A stretch of DNA of 64,000 nucleotides from Pelagomonas calceolata (Eukaryota): assembly GCA_918797485.1 (NCBI GenBank), contig CAKKNE010000003.1, positions 2,976,001 to 3,040,000 on the forward strand, written 5' to 3'. The notes beneath the pieces were generated by a model. It saw only the letters and a list, made by a program, of their open reading frames with translations, was not told where the DNA came from and did not search any database. Made by a program: the position numbers and the translations under genes. This document shows positions 50,834 to 61,137 of the stretch, piece after piece. How positions within the stretch are numbered: the first letter of the stretch is position 1; each line of letters starts with the position of its first letter.

Positions 50834-50983
50834 AAGATTGAGTCTCGAACTCGCACGCATCCAAAGACGCCTGGAGACCTGGTTTTGCTGAAACTGTGGG
50901 ATTACTAGGAACGCAAAAGAAAACCCGTGATTTGGGGGGGCCGCGTGTTGTAGCGGGTTGTAGAGCGCACCCGCATTTTAAAA

Positions 50984-52645
50984 ATGCGACGCATCCTCGC
51001 CAAAACAGCCCTCCTGGCTGTCCTCGCAGCAGGCAAAGACCCGCCGATCCCGCCCTGGATGCGGGCCATCCTGGACAGCCGACCCAACTTCAGGGGCAGC
51101 GTGCACCGCTCGCAGTACCCGGAGGACCTGGAGCTCAAGGCCGCCGGCGCGCTGCTGGCGAAGCCGCCCATCCGCAATCCGGTGGTCGTGGCCATGACGA
51201 CGACGCCGACGCGCGTGGCCGCGTGCGAGCCGGCCGTCCGCAGCCTGCTGAACCAGTCGCAGCCTGCTTTGATAATCGTGAGCATCCCAGACGCGCGCGG
51301 CGGCGTCCTCCTCCATAAACTGTGGCACCTGTTCGCAATCGCGTCGACGGCCTTGAGATGAAACGACGCGACGCAGACTGGCGCTAGAGAAACGTAGAAG
51401 CCCTCCTCCTATCAAACGTACTACCGGGTCGCGTCGATGGCGTACAAGGGGGTACCGCGTCGCGTCGGACTGCATTGCCACGGGCCAAGGACCCTGCACC
51501 GGCACAAGTGCGACGGGGATGGACGCCAAACGACGGAGCAAACGCAACGCTCGCAGGTCTACAACAAGCGCCGCAGCCACTGGAACGGCAAGCGCATCGA
51601 GCCGCCGCCGTGGCTCGCGCGGCTGGACGCCGCGGCGCGATCAACAAAGGGGCCCTGCGCGCCGTGCGTCGTCGTCGCGCACCCCGCGCGCGACTACGGC
51701 CCCGCGACGAAGCTAGTGGGCGCGGTCAGTGACCGGCGTGGGAAATGAGCTTGTGATCGCGGCGATGGCGTATAGTTTCGCGACGACGTCCGTTCAACAC
51801 AGGTCGAGGCGCTGCGGCGCGACCCGGAGCTCCTGGAGAAGGCGGGCGGCGACCGCGAAGATGCGGTCGTCGTGGCGGCCGACGACGACCACGAGTGGGA
51901 GCCCTTCGCGCTGGCGACGCTGCTGCACGTCGGCTTCTCGTCGTCGTCTGCACCGGTCGGCTACGACGCGGCGAAGACCGTGTGGACCTACTACTCGTAC
52001 CCGTTCCCGCGCGGCCGGCCCGTCACGGACGCCGTCTGCGTCGCCCAGGCCGGCGACATGCTCGCGGCGCCCTTGTCGTTGTTCGCCGAGCTCGAGCGGT
52101 GGGGCCGCGAGCTGCTCCCGGGCGGCGGGCTGCCGAGCTGCTTCTTCGTCGACGACCTCTTCTTCGCGGCGTACGCGGCGTACCACCGCTCGACCGTCTA
52201 CACGCACCCGTGGCGGCGCTGGCTCTTCCGCGAGGCGCGTCGGCCGCGTCCGATCTCGCCTTTTCGCTCGCGTCGATGGCGTCGACGCCTCGACGCCGTC
52301 GCCGCGCGACCGTCGGAGGGTCTACGCGTCTCACGGCGTCGTTCAACGCAGTCGAAGCGGCGGCAGCGGACGGGCGAGCCCGCGTTCAAACCCTGCGCGC
52401 AGGGCGGCTGCTCGCCGAAGACGATGCAGCTGCGCTACCCCGACGGCCTCGCGATGGGCGGCGTGCGCGAGCGGCACTCGCAAAACTGCCGGAGCGAGCT
52501 CGAGGCGCTCGGCTGGTGGACGCGCGGCGCCGAGGGGAACCCGTGCTTGCTCGGGGATTTTGTGAGCGCCTAGGTGTCGCGCCGATGGCGTGGAGGGGGC
52601 GTGAATCCGCCCTGGTTGGTAATTTATGTAGTACGTGTCACCGTG
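50984..52645 (+). CDS. Signal-peptide glycosyltransferase-like (GT-A) protein; predicted introns 51293-51556, 51725-51802, 52235-52351, 52562-52630
   Basis: VVVAMTTTPTR...SLLNQS...IVSIP, RDYGPATKL, VVVAADDD, FFVDDLFFA motifs become contiguous after splicing. Confidence 0.7.
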
Positions 52646-52681
52646 AGAGAAAAATAGAGAAAAACACAAAAACACAAACTA

Positions 52682-54852
52682 CTACAAACTCGCGTGCGAG
52701 CCGCCGGACGCGAGCTTCGGCACGACGTCCTCGAGGAAGTGCGCCCGCGCCAGCGACGCCGCGACGCGCGCGACGGCCGCCGGCTGGTCCGGCGGCGCGA
52801 GCAGGTCCAGGGCCGGCCGCGCCCGCGCGTCGATCTCGCGGCCGGGGTCGAGGCCCGGGTCCGCGGCGCAGCGCGCCTTGGCCGCGTCGACCGCGAGCTG
52901 GGCGACGTCGCGCGCGCGCGGGTGGCGCCGGAAGAACGCGGCCGCGACGGGCTTGAGGAGCGCGCGGCGCGCCGCGGTCGCCGTCGCGGTCGGCGAGGCC
53001 GCCTCGGCCTTCTTCTCCGCGCGCGCCGCGGGCGCGGGCTTCACGAGAAGCGGCGTCACTTTCTTCGGGGGCGTCTTGGCCTTGGCGGGCGACACGACAG
53101 AAACCGCGGCGGAGAACCAGGCCCGCGCGGCCCGCGCCGCGGCCGGCGACCGCAGCGCGTCGGCGTCGGCGACGTTGGGCGCGCGGCGCGGCGACCAGGC
53201 GTCGCGCGGCGAGGCGGGCGACGTCGGCGACGCGGGCGCCGGCACGCTTAACTCTAGAGACGCCAGCGGCCGCCCGAGCCGCCGCAGGCACGCCTCGACG
53301 TCGAGGCGCGCCGCGAGCAAAGCGGGCGACGGGTCGCGGCAGGCGAGGCGCGCCCGCAACGCCTCGAGCTCGTCCATGATCGCCGTGTCCTCCCTGCGGG
53401 ACGCGGCGTCGAACTGCAGGGCGGCGAGGAACGCGCAGACCCACGCCGCGACGAAGTAGGCGCGCGCGTCCGACGCGTCGTTGACGCTTTGCAACACGCG
53501 AACGACGTCGAGGTCCGCCGGCCGCGGCCGCCCCTGTGAACTACTACCAAAGTTCGGCGCCGACCGCAGGAAGCCGAGCAGCGCCGCGCCGGCCGTGCGC
53601 TTCGCCAGCGCCTCGCCGACGCGCGTCCGCGGGAGCGCGTCCGCGTCGACGTCCTCACTTAGCGTCGCGACGAGCACCTCCCGTAAAGAATCGGAGAAGG
53701 CCTTGGCGTCGGCGCCGACGACGAAGAGCGCGAAGATCCGGAGCTGGCCCGGCACCGTTTCCAGAGGCGAGCCCGCCCAGAACGCGTCGTCCGCCTCGTC
53801 ATAGACATCCTCGGCCGCGGCCGCGGCCGTGAGGATATCCGTGAAAACGCGCGCGAACCAGCCGACGTGCTCGGGCGGCACGGCCCGGCAGACCTGGGAC
53901 GCGCGGTCGCGGAAGGCGTCTCTTGTTTGCCGCGCGCCGCGCCTCTGCGGCCGCCGTTTCCGGAAGAAGAAGGCGTCGTCCGCCGGCGGGAAGAGGCGCT
54001 CGCGATTCGCATCGCGGCGCGCGGCCTCGTAGTCCCGCAGTAAATCGAGGAACCGGTCGCGGCACCGCTCGCGCAGCGCGTAGGCCTGCTCGCGGCCCCG
54101 GTGGTGCAGGCGCGAGTCGCGCGCGGCGTCGAACGGCACGCTCAGGTCGCGCGGCGCCGCCGATTGTTTTTTCGGAGACGGCCGCGGCGACGCGCGGCGC
54201 GCGAGCGCCGCCGCCGCGTCGCGGCAGCCGGCGTCGCGCGCGAGGTCGGCCGCGCGGCCGCACCTGCGTCGAGCGGTCGCGTCGACGGCACGTGATGCAT
54301 CAGAGGCCCACACACGAGGCACGAGGCGAGGTCGCGGATGGGGCCAGGACGTCGAAGGCAAAGAAAAAAGGACGCGGGGCGAAACGCGTCCAGGGGCAGC
54401 GCCGCGAGCTCCGGCGCGAGCGCCGCCGCCGCCTCGGCGGCGAGGCGCCGCGCGCCGCCGCCGCCGCGCCGCGCTGCGCGCGCGACGAGGCGCAGCGTCG
54501 CGCCGAGGTCGCCGCGCCGCGCCGCGCGCGCGACGACGGCGCCGAGCGCGGCCGACGCGTCGGTCGACGCCGCGGCGCTGGGCCGCTTGACGGGCGTCGC
54601 GACGGGCGGCGCGGGCGGCACCGTCGCAGTGACGAGCGTCGCGCGCACGCGCTTCTTCTTCGTCGTGGGCAGCGCCGGGAAGTCATTTGTATTATCGAGC
54701 GGCGGCGGCGGCGCCTCCCTCTCCAGCTCCGTGCGCAGGTGCGAGGCCACGGCGTCGCAGAGCGCGTCGTCGTCGCCCCGCGCCGCGCGCTGGATGCGCT
54801 CCACCGCGTCGGCGTCGTTTCGTTCTGCGGCCGCGACCAGGGCGGCCTCCAT
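52682..54852 (-). CDS. Codanin-1-like protein; intron 54264-54385
   Basis: NDFPAL, KKRVRATLV, RERCRDRFLDLLRDY, AAFFRRHP; splice PLDA|CGRAADL joins two ORFs. Confidence 0.55.
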
Positions 54853-55170
54853 GGTTTTTTAAAGTCCCGCACTGATGCTCTCTGGCGGAAGCTGGTGCAC
54901 GCGACACGCCAGGCTTTCAGTACAGCCTTCAAGATCGGTGCTGTTGTCCAGCTATTACGCCCGGCGGGAACGGCAGATGCTGAAGCTAGCGGCATGTAAG
55001 ACACTAGGTTGCTAGCTTGGCTAGGCTTGCCTGCGCATCGGACGCATTGAGCTCAGTAGTAGTAACAATACGTCTTGCACCATCCGCGTGCAGCCGTGCC
55101 ACTTCCTGGACTGCCACAGCCAGCGGTCACGAGTGGTCCAACTTGAGAGCACGTCAGCAGCATGAGAGCC

Positions 55171-56487
55171 ATGCGATCGCTGCTGCTCGTGGGTGCCGCG
55201 GCCCTCGTCCCGCCCCAACGCATGAAACAAAAAGCGACCATCCGACGAGCGTCGGAAAAAAGTACGTTAACGGAGGCCGGCGAGTACGAGGCCGTAGCGA
55301 TACAAGCTGAGTTTCCGGCGGACCTGCGCGGCACGCTCTACCGGCTCGGCCCCGGCGGCGCGTTGAGGCGTGGTCAACAAAGGGACCCCTACGGCTTTTG
55401 CCTCGGCGTGACGTTTGGTGGAGACGGGTCGTGCGTCGCGCGCGCGCGGTACGTAAGGACGGAGGCCTTCCTGCGAGATCGGCGGGGCATGCCCGAGGGG
55501 AGCCCATTGGCGGAGCGGAACGTGGGCAAAAAACTGTTATATTGGGCCGACCGGCTCTTCGCTTTGACGGACGGCTGCAAACCGTACATGGTCGACCCGC
55601 TCTCGTTGGGGACCCAGAAGAAGAGCGAGCTCGGCGGGCTGCTGAAGGAGGCCGACGACGGCTTTGACGAAGGCGTCCGATGCAACGGAGACGGGACGAA
55701 GCTCTGCCAGGCCTTTTTTGACAAGGGGCTGCCGTTTATTGGGGGAGATTGTATAGAGTGGCGCGACTTTGATTCGGACTTCCGCGCGTCGGGCGTCGTG
55801 GCGAAGCTGCCCCTGCCCAAAGGCGTGGCGTTGAAGACCTGGGCGCCGACGCCGACGGGCTTCGTTTGCGTTCTCTCGGATAATAGCGTTACCATCCTCA
55901 AGCGGGGTAATGATGCTGGCAATGAAGTCGGACGGATAGCCGGCCTGACTCACATCATAAATGCGCGCGACGCGCCGGGCGGCGCGGAGCTGGACGCCGT
56001 CGTCGACGGTACGTTGGTGAGGATAACCTCGTCGCTGGCGACGGAGCCGCTCTCGGAGCACGCCGTGACGGAGGCCACGCCGCTCGGCGACGACTTCCTT
56101 GTAAACACCGCGGTCGGCGGCCTCGTGCTCGTACGCGACGGCCGCGAGGCCGCGTCGTACGCGGCGCCGGACCGCCGCGCGGGCGCGCCGACGGCGTCGG
56201 GCGCCTACGTGCTGTGCCTGCTCCACGGCGCCGACGCGACGGAGGTGGCGGCCCTCCGCGCGGCGGACCTGGCCGAGGTCGCGCGCGCGCCGCTGCCGCA
56301 CGCGTGCGGCGGCGGCGCGGGGCCCTTCGTGGCCGGCGTCGCGCCGACGCTGGACGAGATCCAGTCTGCGGAGACGCTCGCGCGGCTCTACGCGCGCAAG
56401 GCGAGCGAGTGGAACGAGGTCGACGGCGGCTTCAGCGGCCTCGGCATCAAGTCGTTCCTGTTCCCGAAGGGCGTGTCCGGCGGCTAA
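55171..56487 (+). CDS. Divergent carotenoid cleavage oxygenase (RPE65-fold)-like protein, likely plastid-targeted
   Basis: EFPADLRGTLYRLGPG, ARYVRTEAF, WADRLFAL, PYMVDPLSLGT, THIINA. Confidence 0.7.
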   Translation: MRSLLLVGAAALVPPQRMKQKATIRRASEKSTLTEAGEYEAVAIQAEFPADLRGTLYRLGPGGALRRGQQRDPYGFCLGVTFGGDGSCVARARYVRTEAFLRDRRGMPEGSPLAERNVGKKLLYWADRLFALTDGCKPYMVDPLSLGTQKKSELGGLLKEADDGFDEGVRCNGDGTKLCQAFFDKGLPFIGGDCIEWRDFDSDFRASGVVAKLPLPKGVALKTWAPTPTGFVCVLSDNSVTILKRGNDAGNEVGRIAGLTHIINARDAPGGAELDAVVDGTLVRITSSLATEPLSEHAVTEATPLGDDFLVNTAVGGLVLVRDGREAASYAAPDRRAGAPTASGAYVLCLLHGADATEVAALRAADLAEVARAPLPHACGGGAGPFVAGVAPTLDEIQSAETLARLYARKASEWNEVDGGFSGLGIKSFLFPKGVSGG

Positions 56488-56517
56488 GATTAGTTTAGTA
56501 CAGGGGAGGGGCGATGC

Positions 56518-57519
56518 TCAGGCCGACTGCCACTTGGCGTTTTCCTGGCACATGCTCAGAGCACGGAATAGGTCCGAGCACCTGCGCGACCGAACGGCCT
56601 CGAAAAAAGAAACCACCCACGTCATCGTGAGATGGAAATGAGTCGCGTCGATGGCGTGAAGGCGTCTCTACACAACGGGACGCCGAGATCGCACTTGTCC
56701 GCGTCGCCGTTCGAGGTCTCAAGGCACTGGTAGAAGGCGCGTTTGTCGACGGCGCAGGCGTCCTGGGCAGCCGGCGCGGCCGCGGCCTGCTGCGCCGCGG
56801 GCTGGGCCGCCTGCTCCGAGGAGCCGCCGAAGAGCGCGTCCCCGGCGGCGCCTACGGCCCCGCGCGCGATGGACGAGCCCGTGCCGAAGGCGAAGCCTTG
56901 GGCCATGGTGCCCATCTGTGTAGGACAGCAACCAGTGAGCGTCCGGTTTGGCGTCGATGGCGCGAATTCTCTGAATCAGCAGTGGTCCATAGGCCGAGAA
57001 GCCAGGAGACATAGTATACCAGAAGATCCCAATTTCGCCGATTTCTCGAGTACTGGGGCGGCCAGGTTACCACATCTGCCGGCTTCCAGAGTTGGCTTGG
57101 TCGAAGGGAATCAGGTATAGAGGCAGCTCGGGCGACGGCTCGACTCGCGTCGGACGGCGAGGGTCTGGACAATTGACAGCCACCATCAGATCGATAGTAA
57201 ACTATTGTTTTGCCCGGCTGAAGGTAGCCCAGACCCAGGCCGTCGGCGCAAGGAGTTGTCACGTGCCACGCTGAAGGCCGAGTCCGCCGCGGCAGCTCTT
57301 TTCTCTCGACGATTGGCGCGAACGACCCGCCTCGCGTGTGAAGGCAGCTTCCTAGACGCCGAAGCGAACGAGCCCCGAAAGCATGCCGCCGGATTGCTGC
57401 TGAGCCGGAGCAGTGGAAGCCGAGCGGCGTTGCGCCGGAGGCGGGGCCTGGCGCCGAGGAGCGGGCGGCGGCGGGCGCCTCATCATGCCACCTCCTCCGC
57501 GACGACCCCCGCGTCCCAT
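56518..57519 (-). CDS. CHCHD2/10 (Mix17)-like mitochondrial protein; introns 56916-57369 and 56582-56694
   Basis: GGMLSGL|MGTMAQGFAFGTGSSIAR; twin CX9C (C-AVDKRAFYQ-C, C-SDLFRALSM-C) is restored only after splicing. Confidence 0.9.
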
Positions 57520-57801
57520 GTTGTTTTTAGCTGTGTGGAATACGGCCGTCGTGATTGCGGCGCTCTGCAGCGCGGCGCGTTCTCCGCAGCGAAAACGACG
57601 CGGCCTCTCTCGCGCGAGCGATTTGCAGCGGTTGGTTACCTTGGAACGAGTCTTGCGTGCGCACGGAGAGCTAGCTAGCTAGCTCAGCAACTTGCTTGGG
57701 GAGGCTTGTCCTAGTGGCCTTACAGCACGCTAGCGCTCGGCTTGCCAACCCCGCGGTTCACACCGCGGCCGTCTCGTCTCTCGGGCTTGCTAGCAGTTGT
57801 T

Positions 57802-58007
57802 TCGACTTGCAGCCTCACACAGCTGAGCACTGCGAGGTCGTCACCTCGAACCCCTCGGCTCGAGCAAAGCACTGCCGCAGACTGCCGCACACTACTACTC
57901 ATAGCTACACCCGAGCCCATCGACTTGCAGCCTCACACAGCTGAGCACTGCGAGGTCGTCACCTCGAACCCCTCGGCTCGAGCAAAGCACTACACCCGAG
58001 CCCATCG
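57802..58007. repeat. Tandem duplication, 72-bp exact core (57802-57873 = 57920-57991)
   Basis: tcgacttgcagcctcacacagctgagcactgcgaggtcgtcacctcgaacccctcggctcgagcaaagcact twice, each later followed by acacccgagcccatcg. Confidence 0.95.
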
Positions 58008-58043
58008 GTGGACACTCACGACGCACCGGAAAGGCGACGGATA

Positions 58044-58826
58044 ATGCAATCCACGGAGGTCATCGAAGTAATCGTGCCGGAGCCGCCCATGGGCTGCTCG
58101 CTCGCCCTGAGCGACCGGGGCGCGCTCTGCACGGTCGAGGCGGTCCAGCCGGCGAGCCGCGCGGCCGGCGCGGGCGTTCTCGCGGGAGATGTTCTCCTTA
58201 CGGCGAACGGCCAGGCGCCGCCCATCGAGTCCGGAAGCTGCGCGCTCGTGGACTTCTTCCGGAAGCTTCGCTACCCGCTGCGGCTCGCATTTGCGAGGCG
58301 GGCCAAGGACGCGCGATTCGGAGACGCGGCGCGGAGGGCGGGCGCCGCGGCCGCAGAGGCCTTCCTTGCGGACGCGGCTGCCGCCGCGCCGCCGCCGCCG
58401 CGGCTGCCGACTGATAACACAGAAGTGGCGCCGCCGCCGGAGCCCGAAACGACGAAACAGTTCACGCCCTTTGCCCTGGCCTTCGAGGAAAGCGGCGCGG
58501 CAGCACGGCGTGCGCTCGAGCTCGCAACGCCGCGGCGGCCGTCTGTTCCCATCCCCATCTTGGACGAGGAGGCGCCGGACGACCCGATCCTCGCGATGAC
58601 GCGCGAGTCGCTCTACGCGGACTCGCCCGACTTTAAGAGGGAGCGGCGGAAGCGGGCCGAGGAAAAGATAGACCCGCTGCCCGTCGAGCTGCCGAGTCGC
58701 TGCGAGCGGCTAGCGGCTCCGCTCTGGAAGTACAGGAACTACGCGCTGACGGCTTTTGTGGGGTTCTCGCTCGGCTACGCGTATGTGCACCTGCGGTTCG
58801 TGGAGGACTTCCAGCGGGGCTTCTAA
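58044..58826 (+). CDS. PDZ-domain protein with C-terminal TM anchor
   Basis: VEAVQPASRAAGAGVLAGDVLLTANG...PLRLAFAR; TM ALTAFVGFSLGYAYV. Confidence 0.78.
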   Translation: MQSTEVIEVIVPEPPMGCSLALSDRGALCTVEAVQPASRAAGAGVLAGDVLLTANGQAPPIESGSCALVDFFRKLRYPLRLAFARRAKDARFGDAARRAGAAAAEAFLADAAAAAPPPPRLPTDNTEVAPPPEPETTKQFTPFALAFEESGAAARRALELATPRRPSVPIPILDEEAPDDPILAMTRESLYADSPDFKRERRKRAEEKIDPLPVELPSRCERLAAPLWKYRNYALTAFVGFSLGYAYVHLRFVEDFQRGF

Positions 58827-58858
58827 CCAATCTTGTACCTGTAGCTTGACTGACAACA

Positions 58859-59443
58859 TTACACGAGGGGTTCGTGGCGCCGCGTCTTCTCTAGGACATG
58901 CGTCGCGGAAAGCCCGAGACGCGTCCGGAACTGATTGCCGAGCTGGCGGCTCGCGACGAGCACGAAATTGCCAAGGACTAAGCACACGAAGGCGTCCACC
59001 CATGCCGGCGGCGGCCTCTCCATCAAGAGGCGCGGCGCGCTGTCCAGTACGTGCTCGAGGCCCGCCCACGCGCAGCAGAGCGACGCGCCGTTGACCGTCG
59101 CCACGGCCCAGACGTCCGCGTGGAAATCGACGAGACAGCAGCAAGGAATTGGACTGCACTCGCGGAGCGCGTGCACCACACCCGCCGGCGCGACGGCGTC
59201 CGCTGCGTCGTCGTCAGCCTCAATGCCACTCGCCGCTACGAAGCCGCGGTTCACCACTAATAAAAATAGCGAGCCGGCGAAGAGCGTGAGGCCAAAGAGG
59301 AAGCGGCTTGGCGCGTCCTTCGGCGCAATGAAGTCAAGGAGCCCCTCGACGCCGTGGAAGAACAGGACGATGCCCACGAGCACGGTGGCGCCCTGGCTGA
59401 AAACGCGCACGCGCACCGGGCTCTCGAGGACGGTCGCAGCCAT
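58859..59443 (-). CDS. Small 4-TM membrane protein
   Basis: Two internally similar hydrophobic hairpins (FFHGVEGLLD / AWAGLEHVLD). Confidence 0.65.
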   Translation of the reverse strand: MAATVLESPVRVRVFSQGATVLVGIVLFFHGVEGLLDFIAPKDAPSRFLFGLTLFAGSLFLLVVNRGFVAASGIEADDDAADAVAPAGVVHALRECSPIPCCCLVDFHADVWAVATVNGASLCCAWAGLEHVLDSAPRLLMERPPPAWVDAFVCLVLGNFVLVASRQLGNQFRTRLGLSATHVLEKTRRHEPLV

Positions 59444-59891
59444 GCTTTGTTCCCGGGGCAGCCCGAAAAACTGAGACGGAAGGGCAGCCCCGAGCGTTTG
59501 TTGCGCAGCACGGTAAGCTGCGGGATCAAGAGCAGCAATGCGACACCCAGAAGACGAGCGCAGCGCGTGTGACGCTCTTTGCGAGCGCCTCTGGAGTTTT
59601 TCGGGCGCTCATGCTAGTGTCTTACACGACGCTAGCTGCGACAGGTCCGATCGCAAGCAAAAACAAACGACTGGAAGCCGTTCGTGTGAGTGGACGTGTC
59701 CAACAGACGCCTGCGCTGCGCCGCTGTCGAATTTCAGCGCGCGCGCGACTTCTGCCTCTCTCTGCAGCTCGATCCACACACGCTGTGGCCGCGTGCCTGC
59801 GCTGTAAGCCGTCAACCGAGCATCGCCTGCGAGACCTACGCCGGTCGGTCGCCTTGGCTTAATTCGCACAGCTTGCAACTCGGAGAGGATA

Positions 59892-61087
59892 ATGAGCGAG
59901 CTGACCGCCGCCGTCGAGCGCCTCTCGACGAGCGACGGCCTCGTCGTCGTCCTGGACCTAGACGCCACGGTATGGCTGCCCGAGGTCTACACGCTGCGCG
60001 CGCCGCGGGGCGCCGCGGACGGCTGGACGCCGACGCTCGGCACGGACGTGCGCGTGCTGCCCGGCGCGGCGGCGGTGCTGAAGCTGCTGGCCGCGCGCCC
60101 GGACACGCAGGTCGCCGTGGCGTCGCGCTCGGCCAAGCCCGAGTGGTCCAAGGCGCTGCTCGCGAAGGTCCCGGACCTCGCGGCGGCGGCGGTGCACATC
60201 TACCCGGGCGACAAGCGGACGCACCTGCGGCGCATCGCCAAGGGCCTGGGCTGCGCGTTCTCGCGCATGGTGCTCTTCGACGACGCGCGCGACGGCAAGC
60301 ACGGCAACTGCGTCGCTGCGGCGGCGCTGGGCGTGCTGGCCGTGCACTGCCCGCAGGGACTCAACGAGGAGCGGTGGCGCGCGGGGCTGGCGGCCTTCGA
60401 GAAAGGCGTGCGGGGCAAAGTAATCGACGCGCCGGGCGGCCCGTCGTCCAAGCCGACGGTGACGCTGCCCGCCGTGTCGCTCGCGATGGTGCTCTTGCGG
60501 CGTCCTTTTATTCTCTTCGCGTTGTTGCGTCGGCATCGCGCGCCACGCCATCGACGCGATGCCCCACGCAGCCTTTCGCGGCGCTGCTGTTGAACGGCTT
60601 CAAGACGCTCGAGACGCGGAACAACGAGCTCTTCGCGCCGTACGAGGGCCGGCGCGTCGTCGTGCGCGTCGGCATGAAGGACTGGGACAACGCGTCGTGG
60701 AAGCTCTGGCACCCCGCGGGCGCGGCCGACCTCCGGCCCGGCTTCCGGCGCGGCGACGCGGCCGGGGTGGTGGACGTCGGGGAGACGCGGCGGCTCGCGT
60801 CCTTCGACGACGCGGCGCCGCGGGCCTGCGCCTGCGTCGAGGACTGTGGGACCTTCGGCACGGTCGTATCGAACGCGAGGTGGTTCCCGAGGCCGTGGCG
60901 CGTGCGCGGCTTCCCGGGCGTCGTCGACCTCGCCGTGCCGGCGGACCTCGTCGGCGGGGCGGCCGCGGCCGCGGCGAGGGCGGCCGGTCCCCCGGCGATC
61001 GACGCCGCGGCGGCGCCCGCGAAGAAGACGGGGAACCGCCGGCAGCGGCGCACGCGGCTCCAGAGCGGGCCCGGCGCCGCCGCCTAG
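59892..61087 (+). CDS. MDP-1-like HAD phosphatase fused to an ASCH domain; intron 60489-60571
   Basis: VLDLDATVW, VAVASRS, MVLFDD; after splicing VSLAM|PFAALLLNGFKTLETR, GVVDVGET. Confidence 0.82.
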
Positions 61088-61137
61088 GTGTTGTAGTAAG
61101 AGCTCATCATGTGACGCGCACACTTCAAACAAGTGCC

